Part shown: positions 42,228-51,783 of the stretch, piece by piece | How the letters are laid out: every line of letters starts with the position of its first letter | Numbering within the stretch: the first letter of the stretch is position 1 | DNA from: Thermodesulfobacteriota bacterium | GTDB lineage: Bacteria > Desulfobacterota > Desulfarculia > JACQYL01 | Length of the DNA stretch: 64,000 bases | Direction of reading: 5' to 3' | Assembly: GCA_963675595.2 (NCBI GenBank) | Contig: CAXXLZ010000001.1 | Span: forward strand, 1,504,001-1,568,000 | Made by a program: the position numbers and the translations under genes | The notes under the pieces: generated by a model | What the model saw: the letters and a program-made list of their open reading frames with translations, nothing else | The model's database searches: none | What the model was told of the DNA's origin: nothing

Positions 42228-45200
42228 TCAAAGCAGGTCGAATTTCACGCCCCGGGCTTTGGCCTGTTGCAATTGTTCCTCCCAAAAGGCCAAGCCGTTT
42301 TGTCCCATTCGGCGAGCCAGTTCATCCAGAGCCGTCAGCACCTGGGCCAGTTGGATTTTTTTGGCCAGGGCATAGGCACTCACCCAGGTCGACATGGCCT
42401 CCTCATGCTTATTCTTATGGGTGTGAATGAGCCCCATGTTGAACAAAGCATGACATAACCCAAAGACCTCACCGACCTCCCCCAGAATGGCCAGCGATTG
42501 CTTCAAATACTGCAACGCACCGTCATATTCGCCTCGCGCTTGGTAAATTTGAGAGATATTATTCAAGGAGGCTGCTTCGCCCTTTCGGTCCCCGATCTCC
42601 CTCTGAATGGCCAACGATTGGTTCAGATACTCCAACGCACTACTATAGTCCCCTAAAGCGTGCGCCGAAGTGGCCATATTGTTCAGGGCGGCGGCCTCGC
42701 CAAATCGGTATCTGATTTCTCTTTGAATGGCCAGCGATTGCTTCAGAAGCTTCAACGCAGTGCTATGGTCACCTCGGGCTTGGTGTACTTGCGAAATATT
42801 GATCAAGGAGGCTGCTGTGCCTTTTCGGTCCCCGATCTCCCTCTGAATGGCCAACGATTGATTCAAATACTCAAGTGCTGGGTCATACTCCCCCCGGGCT
42901 TCATATATTAACGAAATATTATTCAGGGTGGTGCCTTCGCCTTTTGGGTCTCCGATCTCCCTTTGAATCGCCAGCGATTGGTTCAGATACTCCAGCGCCC
43001 TTTCATTGTCCCCTCGGGCCTTATATATCTGCGAAATATTGTTCAGGGTGGCGCCTTCGCCCCTTCGGTCTCCGATTTTTCTTCTAATGGCCAGCGACTG
43101 GCTCAGATAATCTCGTGCCGTGTCGTAGTCACCTCGATCGTGCGCAACCATACCCATGCTATTGAGGCAGGTAGCTTCGCCGAATCGGTCTTGGATTTCC
43201 CTACATATGGCCATCGATTGATTCAGACACTCCAACTCCCTGTCAACGTCGCCTCGGACACCATAGATCTGCGAAATATTATTTAGGGTGGCTGCTGCGC
43301 CTTTTCGGTCCCCTATATCGCCGACTATGGCCATCGATTGATTCAGATACACTAGAGCAGTATCAAAATCTCCTCGCGCCTGGTAGATTTGGGAAATATT
43401 ATTCAGGGTGGCACACTCTCCGGCTCTTTCTCCAATGTCCCTGACTATCGCGAGCGATTGCTTTAGATACTGCAATGCTGTAGCACTGTCTCCTGTTTGA
43501 TGCGTACACATACCTTGAAAGTTGAGTGCCATGGCGCAGGTCTTTTTGGATGAAGATTCCAGCAAGGGAGGCAACCAGGTGGTGCGCAGGCTCTGATACA
43601 TGCCTCTCTTCATGAAATGGTCGGCCAAATAATCCAGGACCAGTTGATGGGCTTCCTCCATCCGCTCCGCTTTGACCAAAGCGCCGTGGCAGACAATCGC
43701 ATGCGAAATAAAGGGCTTGAGTTGCCTCAGCACCCGCAGTTGATGATCCGCCGCGCGCTCCCGAATCTCCTGTTCCGGGGCCGGCTCGACCCTATCCAAC
43801 CATTCGACCAACACGGGATTGAGGCTGTAGCAGGGCAGCATCAGGCCATCGTCCCGGCTCACGTCCAACAGGGAATAAGCCACCAAGTTTTCCAGCAGGC
43901 CTTCCGGGCCTTCCAGGTCACGAGCCATGAGGAATACCCCGTCCTCGATGACCGGCACGTCGTAGGCCCGCATGCGGGACAGCAAGGTCCGTTCCTCCGG
44001 CTGCAACCGCTCCACCAGCGATTCCAGGGCGGCATACACCCGCAGTTCCTCTTGGGCCTCGCGGACGCGCTGGAGGAGTGACCCTTCGTCCACCCCCAGG
44101 GCCCCGGCTTGCGCGAAAAACTGCAACCCTTTGAAATTGCCGCCCAACGCCCGGTACACGGCGCGAAGATGGTCCCGCGCCACTCCTCCCACGGCCGGCT
44201 CCTGGGCATACCGCACGAAGTCCCCGTAGCTCGCGGGTTCCAGGGGATGATGCCGGACCTTGGCGCCTTCCAATCCCGGGACCTGCCGACGGGAGGTGAG
44301 GAGGGTCAAGGGAGCCTGTGCCCCCATGGCCGAACACGCTTCCAGCCAAGCCTTCAATTCCGGGTCATTGATTTCCCGCGTGTCCGGGTCCTGCACCGTT
44401 TCCAGATTATCCAGGAGCAGCACCAGGCGCCCTTGGGTCTGATTCATCAACGCGCGGATGAGCAGTTGGTACTGATCCTTGCGGCTGGAGAGCCGTCCCC
44501 AGTTTTGATTGACCTGCTCCGACAGGGAGCCCTCCAGGGTCAGGTGCAGGTCCGTGACAAAGGCGTTCCAGGGGTCCTCCCGCCGGGCCGAATAGGTGAC
44601 CACCGCATGGCCCTTTTCCTCCAGAATCTTGGCCAGGCGGCAGGCCAGGGCGGTCTTGCCCATGCCCCCCATGCCGGTGAGGACCAGCAACCGGGTTGCG
44701 CCGGATTCCAATTCCTTGAGCAAGGTGCGCAGTTCCCGACGCCGTCCGATGAACCGTTCGGGGAATTCCACTCCGGCGTAGCTGTCGTACAAGGGGAGGC
44801 TTTGATGCGGCGGTTCGGGATCGAAGTCCCAGTCCAGCACGCGGGTGTCCGAAGCGCGGGCGTACAGCACGGGCAGGCACCACTGCCCCAGGCCGGTTTC
44901 GCCGCCGTTCCCACTTGCATCCGTGCCACCTCCCATCGGGAGGAACCGGGTCATGGCCTGCCGGGCCGTTTGCAGAGCCGTATCCACCCGCTCCTTCCCG
45001 CCCACGGCGTCGCAGAAGGCCCGGGCGAAGCGGATCCCGGCCAAGTCGAGCACCGGTTCGCGCATGCCGGCCACCAGAGGGATTCCCTGCCGGATCAAGC
45101 CCATGGCCAGTCCCGTGTTCAGGCTGTCCGACGCGATGCGGCCCGACTGACACGCGGAAAGCACCACGGCTCGGGTGTGGGCTTGGCCGGCGAAACACGC

Positions 45201-45902
45201 GGCGATGTCTTCCGCGCTCCTCGGGTCTCCTCGGCCGTCGTCCCTTTCGAACACAAAGAAGGATCGGGCGGGGCCGTCCCCAAAATCGTCTTGTTGGAAC
45301 ATCCCGTGGCCGCTCAGGAACACCACATGATAATCCCCGGCAGCCACCAGCTTCTGAAAGGTGTCGAAACGTCCGTCGTCGGGAGCTTCCAACGTCACCC
45401 AACCGTCCCGCACCCACGGGGTGAAGGCTTCCAGCACGTTCTCCCGTTCGCTTTCCGTGTCCAGGCGGCCCGTTTCCTCCAAATCGTCGGGAAGAGACGT
45501 GAAGAGCAGCACCCGCAAGGGTCCCTTATCCAAAGGAGCCCCGTCGGTTCGGGCCCCGCCCACCCGGCGCAGGAGGGTCACGTGGGGGCTGCACCCCAAA
45601 AAGCCCAACGTGGGGTGATGCAGGGTCTCCCAGGGCAAGGCCATGACGGCCGGGTCTTGGGAAGCGATGACCAACGGAAGAATCAGCGGCTTGGCGTCCT
45701 CCAGGGCCCGTTGGAAGTCGGCTTCCGCATCCAGGGCTTCCCAAAGAGCGCGGCCCATTTGTTCGAGGTCGTCGTCCGTGACGACTTCTTTGTACACGTA
45801 CTTCATGGATAGTTGACGGGCCAGGTGATTCAGGCGGGGGACGCGCTCCAACAGATCACGGGGCGGTTCAAGCACCAGGGGTTCGGCGGTTTCCAAAGGC
45901 AC
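42228..45902 (-). CDS. CHAT (caspase-like) protease - STAND/NB-ARC-like NTPase - TPR protein
   Basis: LPWETL, FLSGHG (His), VLSACQSG (Cys), QWCLPVLY. FIGRRREL, Walker A GMGGMGKT, Walker B LLLLDNLE, LLTSR. About nine 40-aa TPRs. RBS GAGGAG before GTG. Confidence 0.9.
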   Translation of the reverse strand: MPLETAEPLVLEPPRDLLERVPRLNHLARQLSMKYVYKEVVTDDDLEQMGRALWEALDAEADFQRALEDAKPLILPLVIASQDPAVMALPWETLHHPTLGFLGCSPHVTLLRRVGGARTDGAPLDKGPLRVLLFTSLPDDLEETGRLDTESERENVLEAFTPWVRDGWVTLEAPDDGRFDTFQKLVAAGDYHVVFLSGHGMFQQDDFGDGPARSFFVFERDDGRGDPRSAEDIAACFAGQAHTRAVVLSACQSGRIASDSLNTGLAMGLIRQGIPLVAGMREPVLDLAGIRFARAFCDAVGGKERVDTALQTARQAMTRFLPMGGGTDASGNGGETGLGQWCLPVLYARASDTRVLDWDFDPEPPHQSLPLYDSYAGVEFPERFIGRRRELRTLLKELESGATRLLVLTGMGGMGKTALACRLAKILEEKGHAVVTYSARREDPWNAFVTDLHLTLEGSLSEQVNQNWGRLSSRKDQYQLLIRALMNQTQGRLVLLLDNLETVQDPDTREINDPELKAWLEACSAMGAQAPLTLLTSRRQVPGLEGAKVRHHPLEPASYGDFVRYAQEPAVGGVARDHLRAVYRALGGNFKGLQFFAQAGALGVDEGSLLQRVREAQEELRVYAALESLVERLQPEERTLLSRMRAYDVPVIEDGVFLMARDLEGPEGLLENLVAYSLLDVSRDDGLMLPCYSLNPVLVEWLDRVEPAPEQEIRERAADHQLRVLRQLKPFISHAIVCHGALVKAERMEEAHQLVLDYLADHFMKRGMYQSLRTTWLPPLLESSSKKTCAMALNFQGMCTHQTGDSATALQYLKQSLAIVRDIGERAGECATLNNISQIYQARGDFDTALVYLNQSMAIVGDIGDRKGAAATLNNISQIYGVRGDVDRELECLNQSMAICREIQDRFGEATCLNSMGMVAHDRGDYDTARDYLSQSLAIRRKIGDRRGEGATLNNISQIYKARGDNERALEYLNQSLAIQREIGDPKGEGTTLNNISLIYEARGEYDPALEYLNQSLAIQREIGDRKGTAASLINISQVHQARGDHSTALKLLKQSLAIQREIRYRFGEAAALNNMATSAHALGDYSSALEYLNQSLAIQREIGDRKGEAASLNNISQIYQARGEYDGALQYLKQSLAILGEVGEVFGLCHALFNMGLIHTHKNKHEEAMSTWVSAYALAKKIQLAQVLTALDELARRMGQNGLAFWEEQLQQAKARGVKFDLL
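42400..43530 (-). repeat. 120-bp tandem repeats encoding the TPR array
   Basis: A ...TGAATGGCCAACGATTG.TTCAGATACTC-type motif recurs at 42601, 42721, 42841, 42961, 43081, 43201, 43321 and 43441. Confidence 0.88.
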
Positions 45903-46229
45903 GGCGGAGTCTCCTCATGTTGGAGAGAGCGCGTTCGGATGCGGGAGAAAGACTTATGAAATTTGAAGCATAGCGAAAAAACGGGTTTCAGAAAAGGGAA
46001 TTCTTCCGGGAAAGGGAGGATCACCCCGAAATCCGTCACAGGAGCGACCGTGCCTTTCCTTGCCGCCGCACCGGGTTCTTCCTCCTCGTTCCATGGAAGA
46101 ATCCATGGCGCCGGAACAGGCGGCGTCCCGACGGTTTCAGCCTGGTGTTTCGTTGCGTAACTTCTTACTACCTTTTGGCCCCGCGAAACCGGTGTATGAA
46201 CGATCCGTGAACTCCATGCTCCCTGGAGA

Positions 46230-46315
46230 GCCGCTCCGCTGTGAGCGGTGCGGCCATGCTCGAAGGTTTGGCGGGGGGTCTGGGGGGTGCTTTTTTCAAA
46301 AGCATCCCCCAGTAT
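46230..46315 (+). repeat. Hairpin repeat, subfamily B
   Basis: GCCGCTCCGC...GCGGTGCGG...GGGGGGTCTGGGGGGTGC-TTTTTTCAAAA-GCATCCCCC-AGTAT. Confidence 0.8.
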
Positions 46316-46329
46316 GGGGATCTCCGCGG

Positions 46330-47256
46330 TTAAGCACTAGTCCCCTTGCCCTTTCCCCGCCATTCTCCCAGAAACACGCCCAGGCCCAGGGGGGAAGCAG
46401 CTTTAAGCAGGGATTCCAGGGCCTCGATGAAAGGTTCCTCGCCCCGCCAGAACGGGAACGCGCCCAGGCGTCGGATGAGGGGCGCGGAAGCCGCCGGAGC
46501 TTCCGCCTCGTCCCGGAAATCCACCGGGTCCCCGGATTCCGGTCCCACGCCCCAGAACCGGATCGGGTCCGAGGGGAGGGGTTCCGGAGCGTCCCCACAT
46601 TCTTCTTCCGTCTCCGGGCAAGTTTCCTCATCTTTTACTTTAGGTTTTTGTTTTAAGTATTGACCCAACAGATGGATCAGTTCTTCCCGTTCCAGGCCGC
46701 GAAGCTTGAAGATCAAAAAGGGGTCCCGGTCGAATTCCTCGCCCAGCAGGTAGTGGACGGCCGCGATGTGTTTGCAGGGATTGGACCAGTCCGGGCAGGA
46801 ACACTCCGTGGCGATATCCGCGCTTTTGGTGGGGAACAGGGGCACCCGCGCCCGGCCGAAGACCTCCTCGATGCTTTCGGGCATTTCACCGGCCAGGAGT
46901 CTCGCGGCGAACACGGCGGTTTCCGAAAGCTTTTGGGCCACCAGGGTCCATTGGGCGTCCGTGAGGGTCTTCACCCGCATTGCCACTTTGTACGGTCGGG
47001 CTCGGGAGCCCTGGACCTGCGCGGAAACCGTGCCTTTGCCGATTTCGATGGAAATCACCTGCCCCTTGCGCGCGTAAGTTCTTCCCCGATTCAGGCGCGC
47101 ACCGATGTTGAAGCTTTCAATGATCCCGATCCACCGCTTGGCCCACCAGGATCGGCCGAACCCGCCGCGTTGGGTTTGAGCCTTGATGCCGCCCTTGGCC
47201 TCCCTGGGTTGGGACGGTGGATAGTAGTAATCGTAGTATCCGCGTCGTCGCACCAT
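46330..47256 (-). CDS. SWIM zinc-finger protein (SNF2 partner)
   Basis: RLNRGRTYARKG, VQGSRARPY, CSCPDWSNPCKHIAAV, DPFLIFKLRG. Start reassigned to ATG 47256. Confidence 0.9.
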   Translation of the reverse strand: MVRRRGYYDYYYPPSQPREAKGGIKAQTQRGGFGRSWWAKRWIGIIESFNIGARLNRGRTYARKGQVISIEIGKGTVSAQVQGSRARPYKVAMRVKTLTDAQWTLVAQKLSETAVFAARLLAGEMPESIEEVFGRARVPLFPTKSADIATECSCPDWSNPCKHIAAVHYLLGEEFDRDPFLIFKLRGLEREELIHLLGQYLKQKPKVKDEETCPETEEECGDAPEPLPSDPIRFWGVGPESGDPVDFRDEAEAPAASAPLIRRLGAFPFWRGEEPFIEALESLLKAASPLGLGVFLGEWRGKGKGTSA

Positions 47257-47258
47257 GA

Positions 47259-50200
47259 CTAGGCTCCCGCAAGGTCCTTGTTCAAGGAGAAGAGGTTCTT
47301 CAGTTCCTCGTTGGAAAGTTCGGTGAGCCACCCCTCCCCCGAACCCACCACGTCCTCGGCGATTCCCTTTTTGCGTTCGATCATCTCGTCGATCTTGTCT
47401 TCCAGGGTGCCCGCGCAGATGAATTTGTGCACCTGCACGTTTCGTGTCTGCCCGATGCGAAAGGCCCGGTCCGTGGCCTGGTTTTCCACCGCGGGATTCC
47501 ACCAGCGGTCGAAATGGAACACGTGATTCGCATTGGTGAGGTTCAACCCCACGCCGCCCGCCTTGAGGGACAGGATGAAGAACATGGGCGCATGGGTCGG
47601 GTCCTGAAACCGCTCGACCATGCGTTCCCGCTTTTTGGAGGGAACCCCTCCGTGCAGGAAAAGCGCCTCCATGCCGAAGGTTTCTTCAAGGTATTGACGA
47701 AGGAGTTCTCCCATTTCGGCGAACTGGCTGAAAATCAGGGAGCGTTCCCCCATGTCCACGACCTCCTCGAGCATTTCCGTGAGCCGCTCCAGTTTGCCCG
47801 AACGGCCCGGTACGGAAGAATGATCGCGCAGGAACTGGGCGGGATGATTGCACACCTGCTTGAGCTTGGAAAGGGTCGCCAGCACCAACCCCTTCCGCTG
47901 GATGCCCTCGGCGCCCTCCAACGCCTCGCGGACCTCCTTGAGCACCGCTTCGTACAGGGTGACCTGTTCCTTGGTGAGGGAGCAATAGACCTTCATCTCG
48001 TTCTTTTCCGGCAGGTCCGAAATGATGTTCCGGTCGGTCTTGAGACGGCGCAGAATGAAGGGTCCGGTGATGCGTTTGAGGCGCGACACGGCGTCGGCAT
48101 CGTTTCTCGACTGAATGGGCACGAAGAACCGTTTCTTGAATTCCGCGCGGTTGCCCAGCAGGCCCGGATTGAGGAACTCCATGACGGACCAGAGGTCTCC
48201 CACGTTGTTTTCCACCGGAGTGCCCGTCAAGGCGATGCGGTAGCCCGAGGGCAGGGAGCGCACGGCCCGCGCCTGTTTGGTCTCGGGGTTCTTGATGTTC
48301 TGGGCTTCGTCCACCACCACGCCGTCCCACAGGATTTCCTTGAGGAAACGCACGTCCCTCTGCACCAGAGCGTAGGTCGTGACCACCAGGGCCGACCGGG
48401 CGGCCCGCTTCTTGAAATCCTCCTCCTTCCTGCGGGTCAATCCGTGATGCACGTAAACGGAAAGGTCGGGCGTGAAGCGTTCCGCTTCCTTGCGCCAGTT
48501 CTGGGCCACGCTCATGGGGCAGATGAGCAGCACCGGGCCTTTGCCGTTGTCTTCCCAATCGCGCCGGATCAGGGCCAGGGTCTGAATGGTCTTTCCCAGG
48601 CCCATGTCGTCGGCAAGGCAGGCTCCCAGGCCCCATTGCCGCAGAAAGGCCAGCCAGGAATACCCCCGGACCTGGTAGGGACGAAGCGTGCCGGAAAAAC
48701 TTTCCGGGGGCGGCAGCTCCTCAAACGACCGGCGACCTTCCAGTTGTTCCAGGAACCCCTGAAGCGGGCCCTCGGCTCGAATCCCGTCGAAAGCCAGGCC
48801 GGGAGCCGCTTCCCGGGCTCCCAATTGCAGGTGAACCAGGTCCAGCAGCGTGGCCTCTCGTGCCTTGCGGCTTTTGAGAAAGTCGGCGGCCGCGGCCATC
48901 TCCGAGGCGTTCACTTCCACCCATTGACCCCGAATCTCGACCAGGGGGGCCTTCATCGCGGCCAGGGTCTGAAGTTCCGCAAAGGTCAGTTGCCTCCCGC
49001 CCAATGCCGCTTCCCAGTCGAATCGGACGATGCTGTTGAGGGACAGCAGGCCCGAGCCTTTGGTTTTCTCCGTGCGCACGGCGGCCCGAACCGAGAGCTT
49101 GGCCTTGGCGCCGCTGCGGGTCCACCAGGACGGCACCAGGACGCCGAACCCGGCCTGCTCCAGGGTCGGACTCTTGTCCGTGAGAAACTCGTGCGCGCCG
49201 GGCGTGTCCAGTTCGTATCCGGAGGGCTTTTCGGTATGGAGGCTCCGTTCGATGCGCGGACAGATTCCCGCCGCCTGTCCCAGGGACGCGAGGGCGAATT
49301 CCAGCGGGTCTTCCCCCAAGGCCGCAACCCGCTCCTTTTTTCGCTTAAGGCCGGACCACACGTCTTCCAACGGAATCAACAGGCTCGGATCGTTTCGCGG
49401 ATGAATCAGATAACGAACGAACCAGTTTTTCAGCACTCGTCTGTTGCGCCCCGTGCCCATGACGTTTCCGGGTTCTTCGAGGCGCAGACACAGCCGAAGG
49501 GAAGCGTTGGACAGGGTCTCCAGGCGGCGACGCCAGCGTTTGATCTCCCCGGTCAGTTCCGCCACCTCCCGCTTTTCCGCCTCCACCGCGCCGTCGGGCG
49601 TGGTCAAGGCGTCGAACCAGGCGTCGTGCACGCTTGGAAAGGCGGCGTCACCCCTCCGGGAACGCTTGGCGCTCGTCTTGAACGGGGGCGGAGGGGCGAG
49701 GCGCATCATGGCGTCCACGCTCTCCGCGATGAACGAATGGAGCACCGCTCGAGCCGACGTCGTGGGAGCCTCCCGCGTTCCCGGGTCCGTGAAGGCGCGC
49801 GCAGCCGGGGGCATGCGCTTCGCCAACGCGTCCAGTTGCTCCGCGTCCCTTCCCGGCATCACGGGCTCCCATACGGCCCGGGCCGGTTCTTCGTCCGGCA
49901 ACAGGCCGGGAACGATTCTTCTGCGGGCGATGAGGGAACCGGCGAAACGCAGGGCCTCGGCCCAGAAGGAAACATCGTTTCCCACGACCAGACCTCGGTC
50001 GAGGGTCCGTTTGCCCATGCACGCGCACAGCAGTTCCACGGTTTCCCGCCCGCACAAGGGATAGACCTCCACCAGGCAGGGCTTGAGGAGGGGCTCATCG
50101 TCCGGCCCGGAAAGGTCGGCAATGAGTCCGCTCGACGGCGCCGGGCCCTCCTTGGTCCAGGGAACCCAGAACAGGGCCGTGGGGGGGTTCTTTTCGTGCG

Positions 50201-50399
50201 GGTCGATCCCGATTTCCGTTCCGGCCTTGGTCAAGGCCTCGGCAAGGACCCCGATGCCGGGATCGTAGGGATACCGAACCGACTTGCGTGATTTGGAGGG
50301 TTTCCCGCCGCCGGTGCCGGACCCGACAAATTCGGGGTTCGGAGCTTCGCACCACAAGAACGGAAACCCGAGGTAGACACCCATATGAAGCACGATCAT
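47259..50399 (-). CDS. SNF2-family helicase/ATPase (YwqA/HepA-like)
   Basis: LRPYQ, LADDMGLGKT, DEAQNIKN, LTGTPVEN, GLNLT, DRWWNPAVENQATDRAFRIGQ. Confidence 0.95.
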   Translation of the reverse strand: MIVLHMGVYLGFPFLWCEAPNPEFVGSGTGGGKPSKSRKSVRYPYDPGIGVLAEALTKAGTEIGIDPHEKNPPTALFWVPWTKEGPAPSSGLIADLSGPDDEPLLKPCLVEVYPLCGRETVELLCACMGKRTLDRGLVVGNDVSFWAEALRFAGSLIARRRIVPGLLPDEEPARAVWEPVMPGRDAEQLDALAKRMPPAARAFTDPGTREAPTTSARAVLHSFIAESVDAMMRLAPPPPFKTSAKRSRRGDAAFPSVHDAWFDALTTPDGAVEAEKREVAELTGEIKRWRRRLETLSNASLRLCLRLEEPGNVMGTGRNRRVLKNWFVRYLIHPRNDPSLLIPLEDVWSGLKRKKERVAALGEDPLEFALASLGQAAGICPRIERSLHTEKPSGYELDTPGAHEFLTDKSPTLEQAGFGVLVPSWWTRSGAKAKLSVRAAVRTEKTKGSGLLSLNSIVRFDWEAALGGRQLTFAELQTLAAMKAPLVEIRGQWVEVNASEMAAAADFLKSRKAREATLLDLVHLQLGAREAAPGLAFDGIRAEGPLQGFLEQLEGRRSFEELPPPESFSGTLRPYQVRGYSWLAFLRQWGLGACLADDMGLGKTIQTLALIRRDWEDNGKGPVLLICPMSVAQNWRKEAERFTPDLSVYVHHGLTRRKEEDFKKRAARSALVVTTYALVQRDVRFLKEILWDGVVVDEAQNIKNPETKQARAVRSLPSGYRIALTGTPVENNVGDLWSVMEFLNPGLLGNRAEFKKRFFVPIQSRNDADAVSRLKRITGPFILRRLKTDRNIISDLPEKNEMKVYCSLTKEQVTLYEAVLKEVREALEGAEGIQRKGLVLATLSKLKQVCNHPAQFLRDHSSVPGRSGKLERLTEMLEEVVDMGERSLIFSQFAEMGELLRQYLEETFGMEALFLHGGVPSKKRERMVERFQDPTHAPMFFILSLKAGGVGLNLTNANHVFHFDRWWNPAVENQATDRAFRIGQTRNVQVHKFICAGTLEDKIDEMIERKKGIAEDVVGSGEGWLTELSNEELKNLFSLNKDLAGA

Positions 50400-50418
50400 G
50401 GCGGACGACCTTTGCCTT

Positions 50419-51237
50419 TCAGGAACCGCTGGAGGGTGACGAACCTTTGCCGTGCCTGAGGAGCCATTCCGCCCAAAGCGGCACGCCGCCCTGGAGGGTA
50501 TCCGGGAATCGAAAACCCAAGGCTTGGCTGATGGTCGCGTTGATGTGCAGGAGGGCGTAGTTCACCTCGTCCACCGGCTCGATGATCTCCACCTTGCGGG
50601 CCGGCGTGTCGTATTGCGGATGGTCCGGGTGACACAAGGCGGGGTCCGCCAGGCTGAACACGGCCCTGCAAATGAGGGGACGAATGTCGTAAATTCCGCA
50701 GGAACCGTCCGTCGGGTTCAAAAACACGCAGGGAATGCCCAGGGACACGTAGTTCCTCAAGACCTTGGCCTGGAATTCCACGTCGGTTTCGCCGCGATTT
50801 CCTTCTGTGGACACGTTGCGGTGGAGCTGTTGGAAGGCCCGCAGAGCGCGACGCGACCCGGAAAGGATTTCCTCGAAGTCGGGCCGGGATTGGACTCGGT
50901 GGACGATCTCCATGATTTCCAGGGGCTCCACACCGGAGGGGAACTCTCGACAGCAGGTGGAACAACCTTTGTTGCAGGAAGGCGTCATACCTTCCCGAGT
51001 GAGCACCTCCCGGAGCAACCGGTCGTAGGTTTCGCGGAACTCCCGGAGGGTGAGGAAGATCGTTTCGGGAAATCGGAAGGTGGAGAGAAACGTGTCCAGG
51101 GAGAGCTCAACGTCCTCTCCCATTTCCACGGCCAGATCCACCAGGCGTTGATTCAGCAGTTTCAAATCCGGATCCTTCAAGCACGCATAGGCTTTTGCGC
51201 CGGCCCGCGCATAATCCGGAACGAGCTTTTGATTCAT
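50419..51237 (-). CDS. YkgJ-family cysteine-cluster protein (CxxxCxxCC)
   Basis: CNKGCSTCC, CVFLN...CGIYDIRPLICR. Confidence 0.85.
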   Translation of the reverse strand: MNQKLVPDYARAGAKAYACLKDPDLKLLNQRLVDLAVEMGEDVELSLDTFLSTFRFPETIFLTLREFRETYDRLLREVLTREGMTPSCNKGCSTCCREFPSGVEPLEIMEIVHRVQSRPDFEEILSGSRRALRAFQQLHRNVSTEGNRGETDVEFQAKVLRNYVSLGIPCVFLNPTDGSCGIYDIRPLICRAVFSLADPALCHPDHPQYDTPARKVEIIEPVDEVNYALLHINATISQALGFRFPDTLQGGVPLWAEWLLRHGKGSSPSSGS

Positions 51238-51751
51238 GGGGATACCTCACAAATGATCTTTCCCGGAAGCTTACGCACCCTGCGCAACACACCGTGCCGG
51301 GCCTTTTTCTTCCGGGCGTCGCGCCACCGTCGTCGGACGGGGAGCCCATCGGTGAAACCAAGTTACCAGAAACGGGCGAGTTTGTGGAGACGGGTTTCCG
51401 GGTGGACCGACCAAAAAGAAAGACATGTGAAAGGTGAGCCTTCAGAGGGGCATCCGATCTCGTCGCAGGGCTCCCGATCATCGTTTCCGAAGGAGACCGG
51501 ACCGCTTTTCGTTGGGTGCGCGGAGGTTCACGGAATTTCGACTTGGAGACTCATTTGTTACAATTTGGTATCCGGAAATGCTATACCTTCGCCCGCTATT
51601 GTGATAATTATCGATATGTGAGCGGCGCAACGCCTGTGTGAAGCGCTCTGCGAGGCCGTTCCGAAGCCTCCTACAGGCACGGAAGAGCTCATCGCAGGCT
51701 GATCCCCTCCCCTTCTCCCTCATCGGGTGCCGCCGCCGAAGCAGTGACAAA

Positions 51752-51783
51752 CGGCGCGAATCTTGCTTGGCCCGGAAGTTGCA
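51752..51783 (+). promoter_or_regulatory. Two tandem sigma54-like motifs (CGGCGCGAATCTTGCT and TGGCCCGGAAGTTGCA)
   Basis: GG-N10-GC at 51753-51766 and again at 51769-51782, both with TTGC. Confidence 0.5.

Noticed and set aside
42400-43530. Regular repeats as a possible CRISPR array or DGR template
   Set aside because: The period is 120 bp, in frame and encodes TPRs. There are no unique spacers and no cas or reverse transcriptase gene in the window.
47427-50291. 954-aa ORF antisense to the SNF2 gene (similarly 5670..7502, 14112..15650, 26413..28656, 44109..45812, 57513..59168)
   Set aside because: These are antisense shadows of well-supported genes, expected from GC-rich codon bias, and they have no recognisable motifs.
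51565-51582. TTGGTATCCGGAAATGCT as a sigma54 promoter
   Set aside because: GG-to-GC spacing is 11 nt rather than 10.
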